From Pseudomonadota bacterium (GTDB lineage Bacteria; Pseudomonadota; Alphaproteobacteria; Micropepsales; Micropepsaceae): 55,476 bases of DNA. A program made the position numbers and the translations under genes. The DNA lies in NCBI GenBank assembly GCA_029778105.1, contig JAKOQZ010000011.1, positions 1-55,476 on the forward strand, written 5' to 3'. Below the pieces are notes generated by a model. That model saw only the letters and a list, made by a program, of their open reading frames with translations. It searched no databases and was not told where the DNA came from. Within the stretch, counting starts at the first letter, position 1. Every line of letters begins with the position of its first letter. Positions 18,761 to 28,372 of this stretch are shown here, in pieces.

Positions 18761-19806
18761 GCGCGCTGGCGGCCGGCGCGGCGGGCCTGCGCCGCGATCA
18801 GCAGCAGGGCGCGGCCGGTGACGGCGTCCGCCGGAATCTCGCTGCGGCGGGTCAGGATTTCCGCCTCGGCCAGCTGTTCGATGGCGCGCATGGCGGTCGC
18901 CGGCGACCAGGCGCGGACCTGCCGCTGGATGGCGGCCTTGCGCTTCCACAAAAGGCGGGGGAAGGCCTTGTCGGCTGCGCGTTCGGGCTCAAGCCCCTCG
19001 TCGATCAACGCGGCCGCGAGATGCACTTTCTGCATGTGCATCATGACCGTCCGCAGAATGCCCGGCGCCGTCTCGCCTCCCGCGACCGCCCGCGCATAGG
19101 CGCTGTCGAGCGCTTCCAGATCGCCGCCGCCGCAGGCGTCCGCGATTTCCGACAGATCGGCCTCCGCCTCGACGCCGAGCGCCGCTTCCACGTCGTCACG
19201 TGAAACCTCGCCCCGCCGCGCTCCGTCCGGGCCTTTGAAGAGCGCGAGCTTGGCGAGTTCGCTCCGGGTCATCCTGCGATCGTCGCCAAGACGCGCCACC
19301 AGATCGGCCAGCGCATCGGGCGCGATGGTGAGGCCTTCGGCCTTGAGCGATCCCGAAATCAGCGAACGCAGATCCTCGCCCTCGTCGGGATAGCAGGCGA
19401 TCACGGCGGCTTCTTCGCCGGCCGCCTCGACGGCGCGGGTCAGCGCACCCTTGCCGATATCGCCCGCCTCGACGACGACCAGCGCATCCCCCGGCGGATC
19501 GTCCAGAAACGCCTCGATCACCTTGGCGGTGGCATGGTCGGCGTCGCGGATGCGGACCACGCGGCGGCCGCCCATCATCGAAATGGCGGCGGCCTCGTCG
19601 CCCAGACGCGCCGGGTCGGATTTGATCTCACCGGCCGGAAGATCGGCGATGCGGAAGGGATCGCTCAGGTCTTCGCAGACCTTGCGCGCGACCATGTCGG
19701 CCCGCTCGCGCGCCAGACCCAGATCGGGGCCGTAGAACAGCGCCAGACGCAGCTTCGCCGAAGGCCCCTTCAGGAAGGCTTCGATCTGGCGGCCCTTTAC
19801 TTCCAA
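18757..19806 (-). CDS. holA: DNA polymerase III delta subunit
   Basis: LFYGPD.GL..ERA, SMMGGRRVVRI, IACYPD and ELAKL motifs; position after lptE. Probable TTG start at 19806. Confidence 0.88.
   Translation of the reverse strand: MEVKGRQIEAFLKGPSAKLRLALFYGPDLGLARERADMVARKVCEDLSDPFRIADLPAGEIKSDPARLGDEAAAISMMGGRRVVRIRDADHATAKVIEAFLDDPPGDALVVVEAGDIGKGALTRAVEAAGEEAAVIACYPDEGEDLRSLISGSLKAEGLTIAPDALADLVARLGDDRRMTRSELAKLALFKGPDGARRGEVSRDDVEAALGVEAEADLSEIADACGGGDLEALDSAYARAVAGGETAPGILRTVMMHMQKVHLAAALIDEGLEPERAADKAFPRLLWKRKAAIQRQVRAWSPATAMRAIEQLAEAEILTRRSEIPADAVTGRALLLIAAQARRAGRQRA
19192..19207. other. Degenerate parS-like site in holA
   Basis: GTCGTCACGTGAAACC: one intact arm, and rare GTT-TCA-CGT codons on the coding strand. 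Confidence 0.5.
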
Positions 19807-20037
19807 AGATTTCGATCCGCAAACACGACGTGACTGCGCCAGCTTTAGCAAACCGCCGCCCGCGTGACGATCACCGCTTTGGCTGGAGGTGAACGGTTAA
19901 TTCGCAGCCATGTGGCGACGGAATGCGGCGGTCTGCGCCATTCAAGCCCCGTGTGAGCCACCCGGCCAGAACGGCCGCCTTCCCCTCAGGGCAGCGGTGG
20001 CGACGCACGAACCCCACTCCAACCCAAGGACTTGGAT

Positions 20038-20754
20038 ATGCGCAGATCCCTGCTCACTACGGCGTCGCTGCTGCTCGCCGCCGCCCCCGCGACGATGGCG
20101 TCCGCTCTGGCCGCGGAGGACGGCTGGTCCGGCGAGGGTCAGCTCGGCGTGTCGCTGACCACCGGCAATACGGAAGACACCGCGCTGCTGGCGGCGCTCA
20201 AGCTGAACTACACGGCCGACCGCTTCAGCCACAGCTTCAGGGCGTTGGCCGACTATCGCGACAGCTTCGACGTCACGACGAACGAGGAATATGCCCTCGG
20301 CTATCAGCTGAACTACGATGTCGACGATCAGCTTTACGGCTTTGGCAGCGTCGACTGGGAACGGAACGAATTCGCCGGCAGGACCAATCGCTGGACGGAA
20401 TCGGTCGGCCTCGGCGTCCATGCGATCGCCACGCCCACGACGCAGCTGGATCTGGAAGGCGGCATCGCCTTTCGCCAGACCGACTACACGCTCGGCGCCG
20501 GCAACGGCGAGACGGCGGCCCGCCTGCGCGGCTATCTGAGCCACGCATTCAATGAGAACGTGTCGGTCAGCCAGGAAGTGATCGGGATCATCGGCGAATC
20601 CAACACCGTCGACTCGATCAGCGCGGTGACGGCCAAGGTGACGGACGCGTTGGCTCTGCGGGCCTCGTACGAGGTGACCTACGACAGCGCGCCGCTGCCG
20701 GGACTGAAGGAAACCGACACGGCGACGCGCCTTGGCGTCGTCTACGGATTCTGA
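20038..20754 (+). CDS. DUF481/YdiY-like outer-membrane beta-barrel protein
   Basis: Signal peptide, WSGEGQLG...TTGNTE, amphipathic strands and terminal YGF. Confidence 0.8.
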   Translation: MRRSLLTTASLLLAAAPATMASALAAEDGWSGEGQLGVSLTTGNTEDTALLAALKLNYTADRFSHSFRALADYRDSFDVTTNEEYALGYQLNYDVDDQLYGFGSVDWERNEFAGRTNRWTESVGLGVHAIATPTTQLDLEGGIAFRQTDYTLGAGNGETAARLRGYLSHAFNENVSVSQEVIGIIGESNTVDSISAVTAKVTDALALRASYEVTYDSAPLPGLKETDTATRLGVVYGF

Positions 20755-21302
20755 ACGGACGGGGGCGCTGCGGCGCCCCCTTCACCCGGGCTTTTTTCAA
20801 TCAGAGCCACGGCCAGACGCAGCTTGATCTGTTCGGCGATCTCGCGGGCCGCGCGCTCCTCGGCATCCTTGCGCGCGATCTGGGTCGCGTATTGCGAATC
20901 CACCACGTTATAGGACGAGGTCGTCTCCGCGCGGCCGCTGGCGAGCGCGGCCGAACTGCCGACGGGCACCAGAGTCCAGTCGGCGGTCAGGCGGTAATTG
21001 TAGCGCGTGGTCGAGCTGTCGTCCTGGATCGACAGGCCGCGGCGCTCGTCGGCCAGCGCGAGCTTGAGCTCGTAACGCGCCGCTTCGTTGTGGCCGGGCG
21101 TATGCAGCGCATGATCCAGCGCGTCCGAGACGAGATAGCCGATGCGGTCGCTGTCGTTGGTCGGCGGGACCGGCGCGATGCGGATGGCGCCGAAGGCCGA
21201 CTCGGCCCCTTCGGGTATCGACGATGTGCCGTAGAGCGGCCGGAATCCGCAGGCCGAAACCGTCAGCGCCGCGACAACAGCGAGAGCGGCGCGCAATTTC
21301 AT
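20742..21302 (-). CDS. lptE: LPS assembly lipoprotein LptE
   Basis: Lipobox VSAC followed by GFRPLYG; between leuS and holA. Confidence 0.88.
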   Translation of the reverse strand: MKLRAALAVVAALTVSACGFRPLYGTSSIPEGAESAFGAIRIAPVPPTNDSDRIGYLVSDALDHALHTPGHNEAARYELKLALADERRGLSIQDDSSTTRYNYRLTADWTLVPVGSSAALASGRAETTSSYNVVDSQYATQIARKDAEERAAREIAEQIKLRLAVALIEKSPGEGGAAAPPSVQNP

Positions 21303-23884
21303 CAGATCACCAGGTTGACGATGCGGTTCGGCACGACGATCACCTTTTTCGGAGCCTTACCTTCGAGCGCACGAACGATGGAGTCCAGCGCCAGAACGGC
21401 GGCTTCCACCTCTGCCGCCGGCAGGTCCTTTTTGAGGGCGATCTCGTCGCGCCGCTTTCCGTTGATCTGAACCGCGAGCGTGACCGTGTCCTGCGCGACA
21501 AGCGCCGGATCGGCCTTGGGCCAGCCCGCGTGGACGATCATGGTGTCGTGACCGAGCAGCGCCCAGGCCTCTTCGGCCAGATGCGGCATCATCGGCGCGA
21601 TCATCAGCACCAGCGTTTCGTACGCTTCGCGCAGCGCCGCAGGCGCATCGGCGTTGAAGCCCGCCAGGGTATTCACCAGCTCGTAAAGCCGCGCGACGCC
21701 GCGATTGAATCGGAACTGTTCCAAATCGCCGGTGAGGCCATCCAGCGTCCGATGGACGGCCCGGCGCAGCTCGAGCGCCGCTCCGGTTTCGCCTCCGGGC
21801 GCGTTGCCGGCGGCGCCGAGACGCGGCAGCGCCTCGTTGAGCAAACGCCAGATGCGCTGGACCAGACGGGCGGCGCCGTCGACACCGCTCTGCGTCCATT
21901 CGCTGTCGCGCTCGGGCGGCGAGTCCGACATCAGGAACCAGCGCGCGCAGTCGACCCCGTAGGTCGCCGCGATGTCTTCGGGCGGCACCACGTTCTTCTT
22001 CGACTTCGACATCTTCTCGGGCGGGCCGACCGTGACGGGCGTGTCGGTGCCGCGCAGGAAGACGTGGCCGTCACGCCGCTCGATCTCTTCGGGCGCCAGC
22101 CATTTGCCGGCCGCGTCGCGATAGGTCTCGTGGGTGATCATGCCTTGTGTGAAGAGGCCGGCGAACGGCTCGGACAGCGAGAGATGGCCCGCCGCCTTCA
22201 TCGCGCGCACGAAGAAGCGCGAGTAGAGCAGGTGCAGAATCGCGTGCTCGATGCCGCCGATATACTGGTCGACCGGGAGCCAGTAGTCGGTGGCTTCCTT
22301 GTTGGTCGGCGTGTCGGTCGGCGTCGCGTCGCAGAATCGCGCGAAATACCAGGACGAGTCGACGAACGTGTCCATCGTGTCGGTTTCGCGCCGCGCGGGT
22401 TTGCCGCAGGATGGGCAGTCGACATGCTTCCAGGTCGGATGGCGGTCGAGCGGATTGCCGGGCTGATCGAAGCTGACGTCTTCGGGCAGCGTGACGGGCA
22501 GCTGGTCCAGCGGGACGCCGACCGGGCCGCAGGCCTCGCAGTGAATGATCGGGATCGGGCAGCCCCAATAGCGCTGGCGCGAGACGCCCCAGTCGCGCAG
22601 GCGCCAGTTCACCTGACCCTTGCCGACGCCGAGCTTTTCCAGCTCGCCAATGGCGCGCGTCTTGGCGGTTGCCGGATCGAGGCCGTCAAGGAAGGCCGAA
22701 TGCGCGAGCACGCCGTCGCCGGAATAGGCCTCGGCGCCGACGACATAGGTATCGGGGTTCTCGCCCGGCGGAATGACGACAGGTTTGACGGGCAGGCCGT
22801 ATTTGCGCGCGAACTCGCTATCGCGCTGGTCATGCGCGGGGCAGCCGAAAATGGCGCCCGTGCCGTAATCCATCAGCACGAAATTCGCGACATAGACCGG
22901 CAGCGTCCAGTTCTTGTCGAACGGATGGATGGCGCGCAGGCCCGTGTCGAAGCCCATCTTCTCGGCGGTCTCGATGGCGGCCTCGTTGGTGGCGCTGTGG
23001 CGGCATTCCTCGATGAAGGCGGCAAGGGCCGGATCGGTCTTCGCGGCTTCCAGCGCCAGCGGGTGATCGGCCGCGATGGCGACGAAGCTGGCGCCGAACA
23101 GCGTGTCGGGGCGGGTCGAATAGACCTCGACCTTGTCGAACTCGCCGGGGTCGGAGGTCAGCGCGAAGGAGAAGGTCGCGCCTTCCGAACGGCCGATCCA
23201 GTTCGCCTGCATGGCGCGGACTTTTTCCGGCCAGCGGTCCAAAGTGCCGAGATCGTCCAGAAGCTCCTGGGCGAAATGCGTGATCTTGAAGAACCACTGG
23301 GTCAGCTTCTTCTTTTCGACCAGCGCCCCGGAGCGCCAGCCACGCCCGTCCACGACCTGCTCGTTGGCGAGCACGGTGTGTTCGACGGGGTCCCAGTTGA
23401 CGGCGCTTTCCTTGCGATAGGCGAGGCCCAGCCTCACGAAATCGAGGAACATGCGCTGCTGGTGCTTGTAATATTCCGGCTCGCAGGTCGCGAACTCGCG
23501 GCTCCAGTCGAGCGAGAGGCCCAGCAGATCGAGCTGGTCCTTCATCGCGGCGATATTCTGGCGCGTCCAGGCGGCGGGATGGACCTTGCGCTCCATCGCG
23601 GCGTTCTCCGCCGGCAGGCCGAAGGCGTCCCAGCCGAAGGGGTGCAGCACATTGAAGCCGGCCATGCGCTTGTAGCGCGCGACCACGTCGCCCATCACAT
23701 AGTTGCGGCCGTGGCCGATGTGAATCTTCCCCGACGGATAGGGAAACATCTCGAGCACGTAATATTTTGGCTTCGAGCTGTCGGTATGGGCGCGGAAGAC
23801 ATCTTCCGCCTTCCAGCGCTTGCGCCAGCGGCTTTCGGACGCCGCGGCGTCATAGCGGATCGGCTGTTTGGGATCGGCAGACAT
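21302..23884 (-). CDS. leuS: Leucine--tRNA ligase
   Basis: [27 protein letters not shown] and C-terminal [11 protein letters not shown] motifs. Confidence 0.98.
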   Translation of the reverse strand: MSADPKQPIRYDAAASESRWRKRWKAEDVFRAHTDSSKPKYYVLEMFPYPSGKIHIGHGRNYVMGDVVARYKRMAGFNVLHPFGWDAFGLPAENAAMERKVHPAAWTRQNIAAMKDQLDLLGLSLDWSREFATCEPEYYKHQQRMFLDFVRLGLAYRKESAVNWDPVEHTVLANEQVVDGRGWRSGALVEKKKLTQWFFKITHFAQELLDDLGTLDRWPEKVRAMQANWIGRSEGATFSFALTSDPGEFDKVEVYSTRPDTLFGASFVAIAADHPLALEAAKTDPALAAFIEECRHSATNEAAIETAEKMGFDTGLRAIHPFDKNWTLPVYVANFVLMDYGTGAIFGCPAHDQRDSEFARKYGLPVKPVVIPPGENPDTYVVGAEAYSGDGVLAHSAFLDGLDPATAKTRAIGELEKLGVGKGQVNWRLRDWGVSRQRYWGCPIPIIHCEACGPVGVPLDQLPVTLPEDVSFDQPGNPLDRHPTWKHVDCPSCGKPARRETDTMDTFVDSSWYFARFCDATPTDTPTNKEATDYWLPVDQYIGGIEHAILHLLYSRFFVRAMKAAGHLSLSEPFAGLFTQGMITHETYRDAAGKWLAPEEIERRDGHVFLRGTDTPVTVGPPEKMSKSKKNVVPPEDIAATYGVDCARWFLMSDSPPERDSEWTQSGVDGAARLVQRIWRLLNEALPRLGAAGNAPGGETGAALELRRAVHRTLDGLTGDLEQFRFNRGVARLYELVNTLAGFNADAPAALREAYETLVLMIAPMMPHLAEEAWALLGHDTMIVHAGWPKADPALVAQDTVTLAVQINGKRRDEIALKKDLPAAEVEAAVLALDSIVRALEGKAPKKVIVVPNRIVNLVI

Positions 23885-23914
23885 GAGACTCGCTTCAGCG
23901 CGCCGCAGGGCGCG

Positions 23915-24370
23915 TCAGTACATTTCCTCGTCGAGCGCGGTTTTGATCTGGCGGGCGCGCAGAAGGATCGCCTGCTGGACCGTGGCCGCAGTCTCGGGGT
24001 TCACGCCGGCGTCGACGCCGTTGACGCGGCGGTAGACCGAAACGGCGACCGAGCTGGCCGAGACCAGACCGGGATAGATCTGGACGATGACCCGCACCTG
24101 CTCGCCGGACCCGGCGGCGACTTCGCCCCATCCGGTCTCGATGCGGCCTGCGACCGGGTCGGCGGAGGCGATCGGCAGGAAGTTCAATGTTTCCTGCGCG
24201 CCGGCCCAGATATAGGGGTCGACGGTCAGGTTCTCCGGGGTGTTTTCCGGGATGAACGGCACCGGAACCAGACCGAGCGTCTCACAGGCCGAAAGCCCGG
24301 GCACCAGCGCCACGAGCGCTCCGAACGCGGCGGCGCGGAATTTCGAGGGAAGGCCGATCGACTTGCGCAT
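23915..24370 (-). CDS. DUF3576-like lipoprotein
   Basis: Lipobox LSAC, VDPYIW.GA.ETLNFLP.ASADP..G.I.T.W and ILLRARQ motifs; upstream of leuS. Confidence 0.8.
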   Translation of the reverse strand: MRKSIGLPSKFRAAAFGALVALVPGLSACETLGLVPVPFIPENTPENLTVDPYIWAGAQETLNFLPIASADPVAGRIETGWGEVAAGSGEQVRVIVQIYPGLVSASSVAVSVYRRVNGVDAGVNPETAATVQQAILLRARQIKTALDEEMY

Positions 24371-24491
24371 CAGGGAACCTTTGGCGGAGGGGCGCTTGTG
24401 GCCCTGTCCTGAGGAGAAGCCTCTTAACCGTGCCCGGCTTTTCCGGCAAGGCGAGGCCCGCACGCAAGCGTGACCGTGTGGGGTCGAGTTG

Positions 24492-24507
24492 GTAAATACA
24501 CATTAAC
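24492..24507 (+). promoter_or_regulatory. CtrA-like site upstream of the porin
   Basis: GTAA-ATACACA-TTAAC (one mismatch); a TTAACCG half-site at 24424. Confidence 0.5.
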
Positions 24508-24570
24508 CTTGTTTCGGCGATGAACACCGTCAGGCTGATTTTGCGCCCCCGACCCAGGAGTTCTCAGGTC

Positions 24571-25830
24571 ATGTCACGTCAGGCACTGCTCGGTGCGAGC
24601 CTTTTCGTCCTTGCCGGGACGGGGGTCGCTTTTGCCGGGGACGAGTTCAAGTTCGACGTTTCCGGCTTTCTCGACGCGGCCCTGTTCGACGACCAGCAGG
24701 ACACCAGCGGTTTCGCCGATCTCGATAATGACGGGTTCGGCGCGCTGGCGAACGGCAAGCTGCAGCTGCGCGGCTCTGTGCTCACCGATGGCGGCTGGGA
24801 ATTCGGCGGCCGGGCGGAGCTGCGCCTGCAGAGCGGGTCCCAGTCCAATTCCACGACCGGCGCCGACGATTGGCTGCAGCTGGAGAAGGCCTATGTCTGG
24901 GCCGAGAGCGGCCTTGGCCGGATCGAGTTGGGCGCCCAGGATGGCGCAGCCAAGCAGGCCCAGGCGGCGCCGCCCTCGATCACCAAGTCGATGCGCATCG
25001 ACAACCCGCTGATGATGCCGGTGGTCGATGGCGCGGGCGCCTATTACCGGCCGGCCGGGTTGATGCTGCGCAGCGACAGCTACGCCTCGGACCAGAGCCT
25101 GAAGGTGGTCTATCGCAGCCCGCGTCTGTTCGGTCTGCAGCTGTCGCTCTCCTACACGCCGGAGTTCTCGGCCAATCTGGAGCGGTTCGTGAAAACCGCC
25201 GCGACGGATTTCGACCAGCAGTCTGACATCTTCGAGGCCGGCCTCAACTACGACACCAATCTCGACGACGTGCGCGTCCGCGCCAGCCTGACCTACCTTA
25301 CGGCCCGGAACGAAGCGGAAAGCGATACGACTTCGACGCCGGCCTCGCCGTGGACCTCCGGCGACCTTTCAGAGTGGAGCGCCGCGCTCAATTTCAAGGT
25401 GCAGGGCCTCAGCGTCGGCGGCGCCTATCGTCATTCCAATGCGCGCGGCGGCTTCATCGATCATGCGCCGGTCGTGCTGACCGGCGGCGCGAGCGACACG
25501 GACATCTGGTCGTTCGGCGCGCTCTACGAATGGGAAAGCTGGAAGGTCGGCGCGAACTATGTGCGCGGCACGACCAACGTGGCCGTCGCCGATCTGCTCG
25601 GCGGGTTCGTCGGTGAACAAAAGGGCGATGGCTGGCAGATCGGCGCCGCCTATGCGTTCACGCCCGACATCCAGGTGTCGGCGGGCTGGCAGTCGTACGA
25701 CTTCGATGCGGGTGCGAACCTCAACCCGGCCGGTCTTGCGCAGACCGGCGTGTTCGGGGCGCCGGGATCGATGTATGCCGGGGATCTGAAGGCCGACATT
25801 GTGTACACGGAAGTCTCCTTCGGCTTCTGA
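24571..25830 (+). CDS. Outer-membrane porin (Porin_4-like)
   Basis: Signal peptide, G.IELG..DGA, KVVYRSPRL.G....SYTP and terminal FGF; CAGGAG RBS. Confidence 0.8.
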   Translation: MSRQALLGASLFVLAGTGVAFAGDEFKFDVSGFLDAALFDDQQDTSGFADLDNDGFGALANGKLQLRGSVLTDGGWEFGGRAELRLQSGSQSNSTTGADDWLQLEKAYVWAESGLGRIELGAQDGAAKQAQAAPPSITKSMRIDNPLMMPVVDGAGAYYRPAGLMLRSDSYASDQSLKVVYRSPRLFGLQLSLSYTPEFSANLERFVKTAATDFDQQSDIFEAGLNYDTNLDDVRVRASLTYLTARNEAESDTTSTPASPWTSGDLSEWSAALNFKVQGLSVGGAYRHSNARGGFIDHAPVVLTGGASDTDIWSFGALYEWESWKVGANYVRGTTNVAVADLLGGFVGEQKGDGWQIGAAYAFTPDIQVSAGWQSYDFDAGANLNPAGLAQTGVFGAPGSMYAGDLKADIVYTEVSFGF

Positions 25831-25838
25831 TCGCTCCG

Positions 25839-26384
25839 TCAGGCGAACGAAATGCCGGCGAAGCCGTGCGCGCCGGCGCCCTTGAGGCGGCCGAAGCGGC
25901 GCGCCGTCATGCCGCCGAGCGCGATGACCGGACGTGACGACGCATGCGCCAGGGCGGCGAAGCGCAGGGGGCCGAGCGCCGCCGCGCCCGGGTGGCTGGC
26001 GGTCGGGAATACCGGCGACAGGATGACCGCATCGGGCGCATGGCGCCGGGCGTTGACCAGCCCTGCCGCGCCGTGCGCCGCCAGCGTCATCAGCCCGCGC
26101 GGCATCAGTCGCCGCGCAGCCACCAGGCGGTGGGCGAGTGCTTCGGGCGCATGAAAGCCGTCGGCGCGAAGCCGCGCGGCAAGGCGCGGGTCGCCCGCTA
26201 TGAGAAAGACGAGCCCACGCTCGCGGGCCAGTTCGTGCAGCCGCGCTCCGGCAGCTTCGCGATCCGGCGCTCCGTAGTGACGGAAAATGACCGCCGCGCC
26301 GCGCGGCAATCTCATCATCGCGCCCGCCGCATCGCCGCGTGTCTCGTCCGTCATCAGCCAGATACGGGGCAGGAGGCTCGCCAT
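25839..26384 (-). CDS. Thiamine phosphate synthase-like (TenI family) protein
   Basis: WLMTD, IFRHY, LSPVFPTASHPG and IALGG motifs. Confidence 0.8.
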   Translation of the reverse strand: MASLLPRIWLMTDETRGDAAGAMMRLPRGAAVIFRHYGAPDREAAGARLHELARERGLVFLIAGDPRLAARLRADGFHAPEALAHRLVAARRLMPRGLMTLAAHGAAGLVNARRHAPDAVILSPVFPTASHPGAAALGPLRFAALAHASSRPVIALGGMTARRFGRLKGAGAHGFAGISFA

Positions 26385-26437
26385 GGCTCTTCCTCGCGCC
26401 TTGCGCAGAGGTGCGCAAGGTGGCTATGGGCTCGGCC

Positions 26438-27097
26438 ATGAGCATCGCCGACAATCTCGCCGAGACCAAAGCCCGGATCGGCGCCGCGGCGCGCGCGGCG
26501 GGCCGTCCCGCCGGCAGCGTGCGTCTTATCGCCGTGTCGAAGACGCATGATGCGGATGCGATCAGCCAGGCCATCGCCGCCGGCCAAACGGTGTTCGGCG
26601 AGAACCGCGTGCAGGAAGCCCAGGGCAAATTCCCGGCGCTCAAGGCCGCCCATCCCCAGATCGAGCTTCATCTCATCGGGCAGCTGCAGTCGAACAAGGC
26701 GCGCGACGCGGTGGCGCTGGCCGATGCCATTCACGGTCTCGACCGGCCGTCGCTCGCCAAGGCTCTCGCGGCCGAAATCGCGCGCCAGGGCCGCGCGCCG
26801 CGGCTCTTCATCCAGGTGAATACCGGTGAGGAGCCCCAGAAGGGCGGCGTCATGCCGGGAGCGGCGGGAGATTTTCTGGCCGAGTGCCGGGGTCTCGGCC
26901 TCGCCGTCTCGGGTTTGATGTGCATCCCGCCGGAAGCCGAAGAACCGGCGCTGCATTTCGCGCTTCTGGCAGCTCTCGCGCAGCGTCTCGGCCTCGCCGA
27001 GCTGTCGATGGGGATGAGCGGCGACTATGAGGTCGCCGTGAAGCTGGGCGCGACCTATGTGCGGGTGGGCAGCGCCATTTTCGGGGCGCGGACATAG
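26438..27097 (+). CDS. yggS: PLP homeostasis protein YggS
   Basis: LIAVSK, FGENRVQE, HLIGQLQSNK, GLMCIPP, LSMGMSGD and VRVGSAIFG motifs. Confidence 0.95.
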   Translation: MSIADNLAETKARIGAAARAAGRPAGSVRLIAVSKTHDADAISQAIAAGQTVFGENRVQEAQGKFPALKAAHPQIELHLIGQLQSNKARDAVALADAIHGLDRPSLAKALAAEIARQGRAPRLFIQVNTGEEPQKGGVMPGAAGDFLAECRGLGLAVSGLMCIPPEAEEPALHFALLAALAQRLGLAELSMGMSGDYEVAVKLGATYVRVGSAIFGART

Positions 27098-27107
27098 TCC
27101 GGCGGCC

Positions 27108-27620
27108 TCACGCGCCTTCCACCAGAATTTCAGTGCCGGGGCCGGCCAGCGCCAGCAGCTTCATCATATCTTCCAGCTGCACCGCGACGCAGCCGGCCGT
27201 CGGGCTGTAGTCGCTGCGGCTGAGGTGAAGGAAGATCGCGCTGCCTTTGCCATCGACGACCGGGTCGTCATTGTATCCCATCACGACGATGACGTCGTAG
27301 ATCGTGTCGGCCCGCCAAAGCTCTTCGTGGCTGGCGGGGTAGGGCAGGCGGACGGGGCGGTTGTAGTTGGCATCGCCCGGTGCGTCGCACCAGCCCGCCT
27401 GGGGATCGAGCGGCGTCATCTTCAGCCGTGTCTCGGGCTGCGGCATCCGGTCGGGGCGATAAAAGGCTTCGCGCAGCGGCCAGCGGCCGACCGGCGTCGC
27501 GCCGTCGCCTTCCCGTTTGTCTGCCCTCACGCCGGAGCGCCCGATGGCGCAGCGCATGGCGAAGCCGTCGGCTTCCAGAATATGGCCACCTTCGGGCCAG
27601 GCTCTCACGGTCCACTGCAT
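27108..27620 (-). CDS. L,D-transpeptidase (YkuD) family protein
   Basis: KREGDGATP, WCD.P....YN and GSAIFLH.......PTAGCVA (HxxC) motifs. Confidence 0.88.
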   Translation of the reverse strand: MQWTVRAWPEGGHILEADGFAMRCAIGRSGVRADKREGDGATPVGRWPLREAFYRPDRMPQPETRLKMTPLDPQAGWCDAPGDANYNRPVRLPYPASHEELWRADTIYDVIVVMGYNDDPVVDGKGSAIFLHLSRSDYSPTAGCVAVQLEDMMKLLALAGPGTEILVEGA

Positions 27621-27660
27621 GGGGGCGATGCTAAAGCCGTCGCAGGCAGGCTCAAGCCGG

Positions 27661-28284
27661 TCAGTTTCCACGGCGGGCAAGACCGCCATAGGCGCCGAGA
27701 TTGCGCTCCATCTGCTGCATGGCGCGCAGATAGGTATCGCTAGCGGTCATATTTGCCGTCGTCTGGGCGGGTTGGGCCGCCTGATTGATCGGGAAATAGC
27801 GCAGGTTGTCGTCCCGGCTCTGGGGGATCGCAGTCGCCGCCATTGCGGCGGCCGCCTGGGGCACCGCGGTGTCGATGGCCGGGTCCTGCTGCCCGAAGGC
27901 CGCCATGAGCGTCGACATCTGATCCTCCGACATCTCCGGCGCCGCGTCCTGCGACGGCGCGGCCGGCGCGGTCGGGGCGGGGGCCGTTTCAGGCGGCAGG
28001 GTCGTCCCCAGGCTGGCGGCGAGCAGTGCGGCTTGATCTGCGCTCAGCTGAGGCATGGCGGCCGGCGGCGGCGCAGGCGGTGTCTGTGTCGCTTGGCTGG
28101 TGGTGAGCGTGCGGACGGGCTCGCGCGGCGGACTCACCTCGGCCGCCGCCGGCACCTCTGCAGCCAAGGGGCCCGGCACGGCGAAAGCCTCGCCCGGCGC
28201 ATTCGGGGTTTCCGCCGCGCGGACGCGCGCGAGAATGCGGTGATGGCGCTCCAGGCTCATCGCTTGCATCTGCGTGTCGTTCAT
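27661..28284 (-). CDS. Hypothetical Pro/Ala/Gln-rich protein
   Basis: ORF fills the gap between ribA and the L,D-transpeptidase on the same strand; low-complexity middle with helical ends. Confidence 0.6.
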   Translation of the reverse strand: MNDTQMQAMSLERHHRILARVRAAETPNAPGEAFAVPGPLAAEVPAAAEVSPPREPVRTLTTSQATQTPPAPPPAAMPQLSADQAALLAASLGTTLPPETAPAPTAPAAPSQDAAPEMSEDQMSTLMAAFGQQDPAIDTAVPQAAAAMAATAIPQSRDDNLRYFPINQAAQPAQTTANMTASDTYLRAMQQMERNLGAYGGLARRGN

Positions 28285-28372
28285 GGGGTTGGCTCAGCAA
28301 GCTGCGGGCCATTCCCGAATCCCTGGAAAACCGGGCTTTGCTGTGTCGCGAACCCGGCAGGCTTTGCCGCTC

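Noticed and set aside
20761-20797. Hairpin GGGGGCGC/GCGCCCCC after the DUF481 gene
   Set aside because: Possibly a terminator, but the U tract is not adjacent and it lies within lptE; not called.
21224-24412. 1062-aa plus-strand ORF
   Set aside because: Antisense shadow of leuS and the DUF3576 gene; high GC3 suppresses stops; no motifs.
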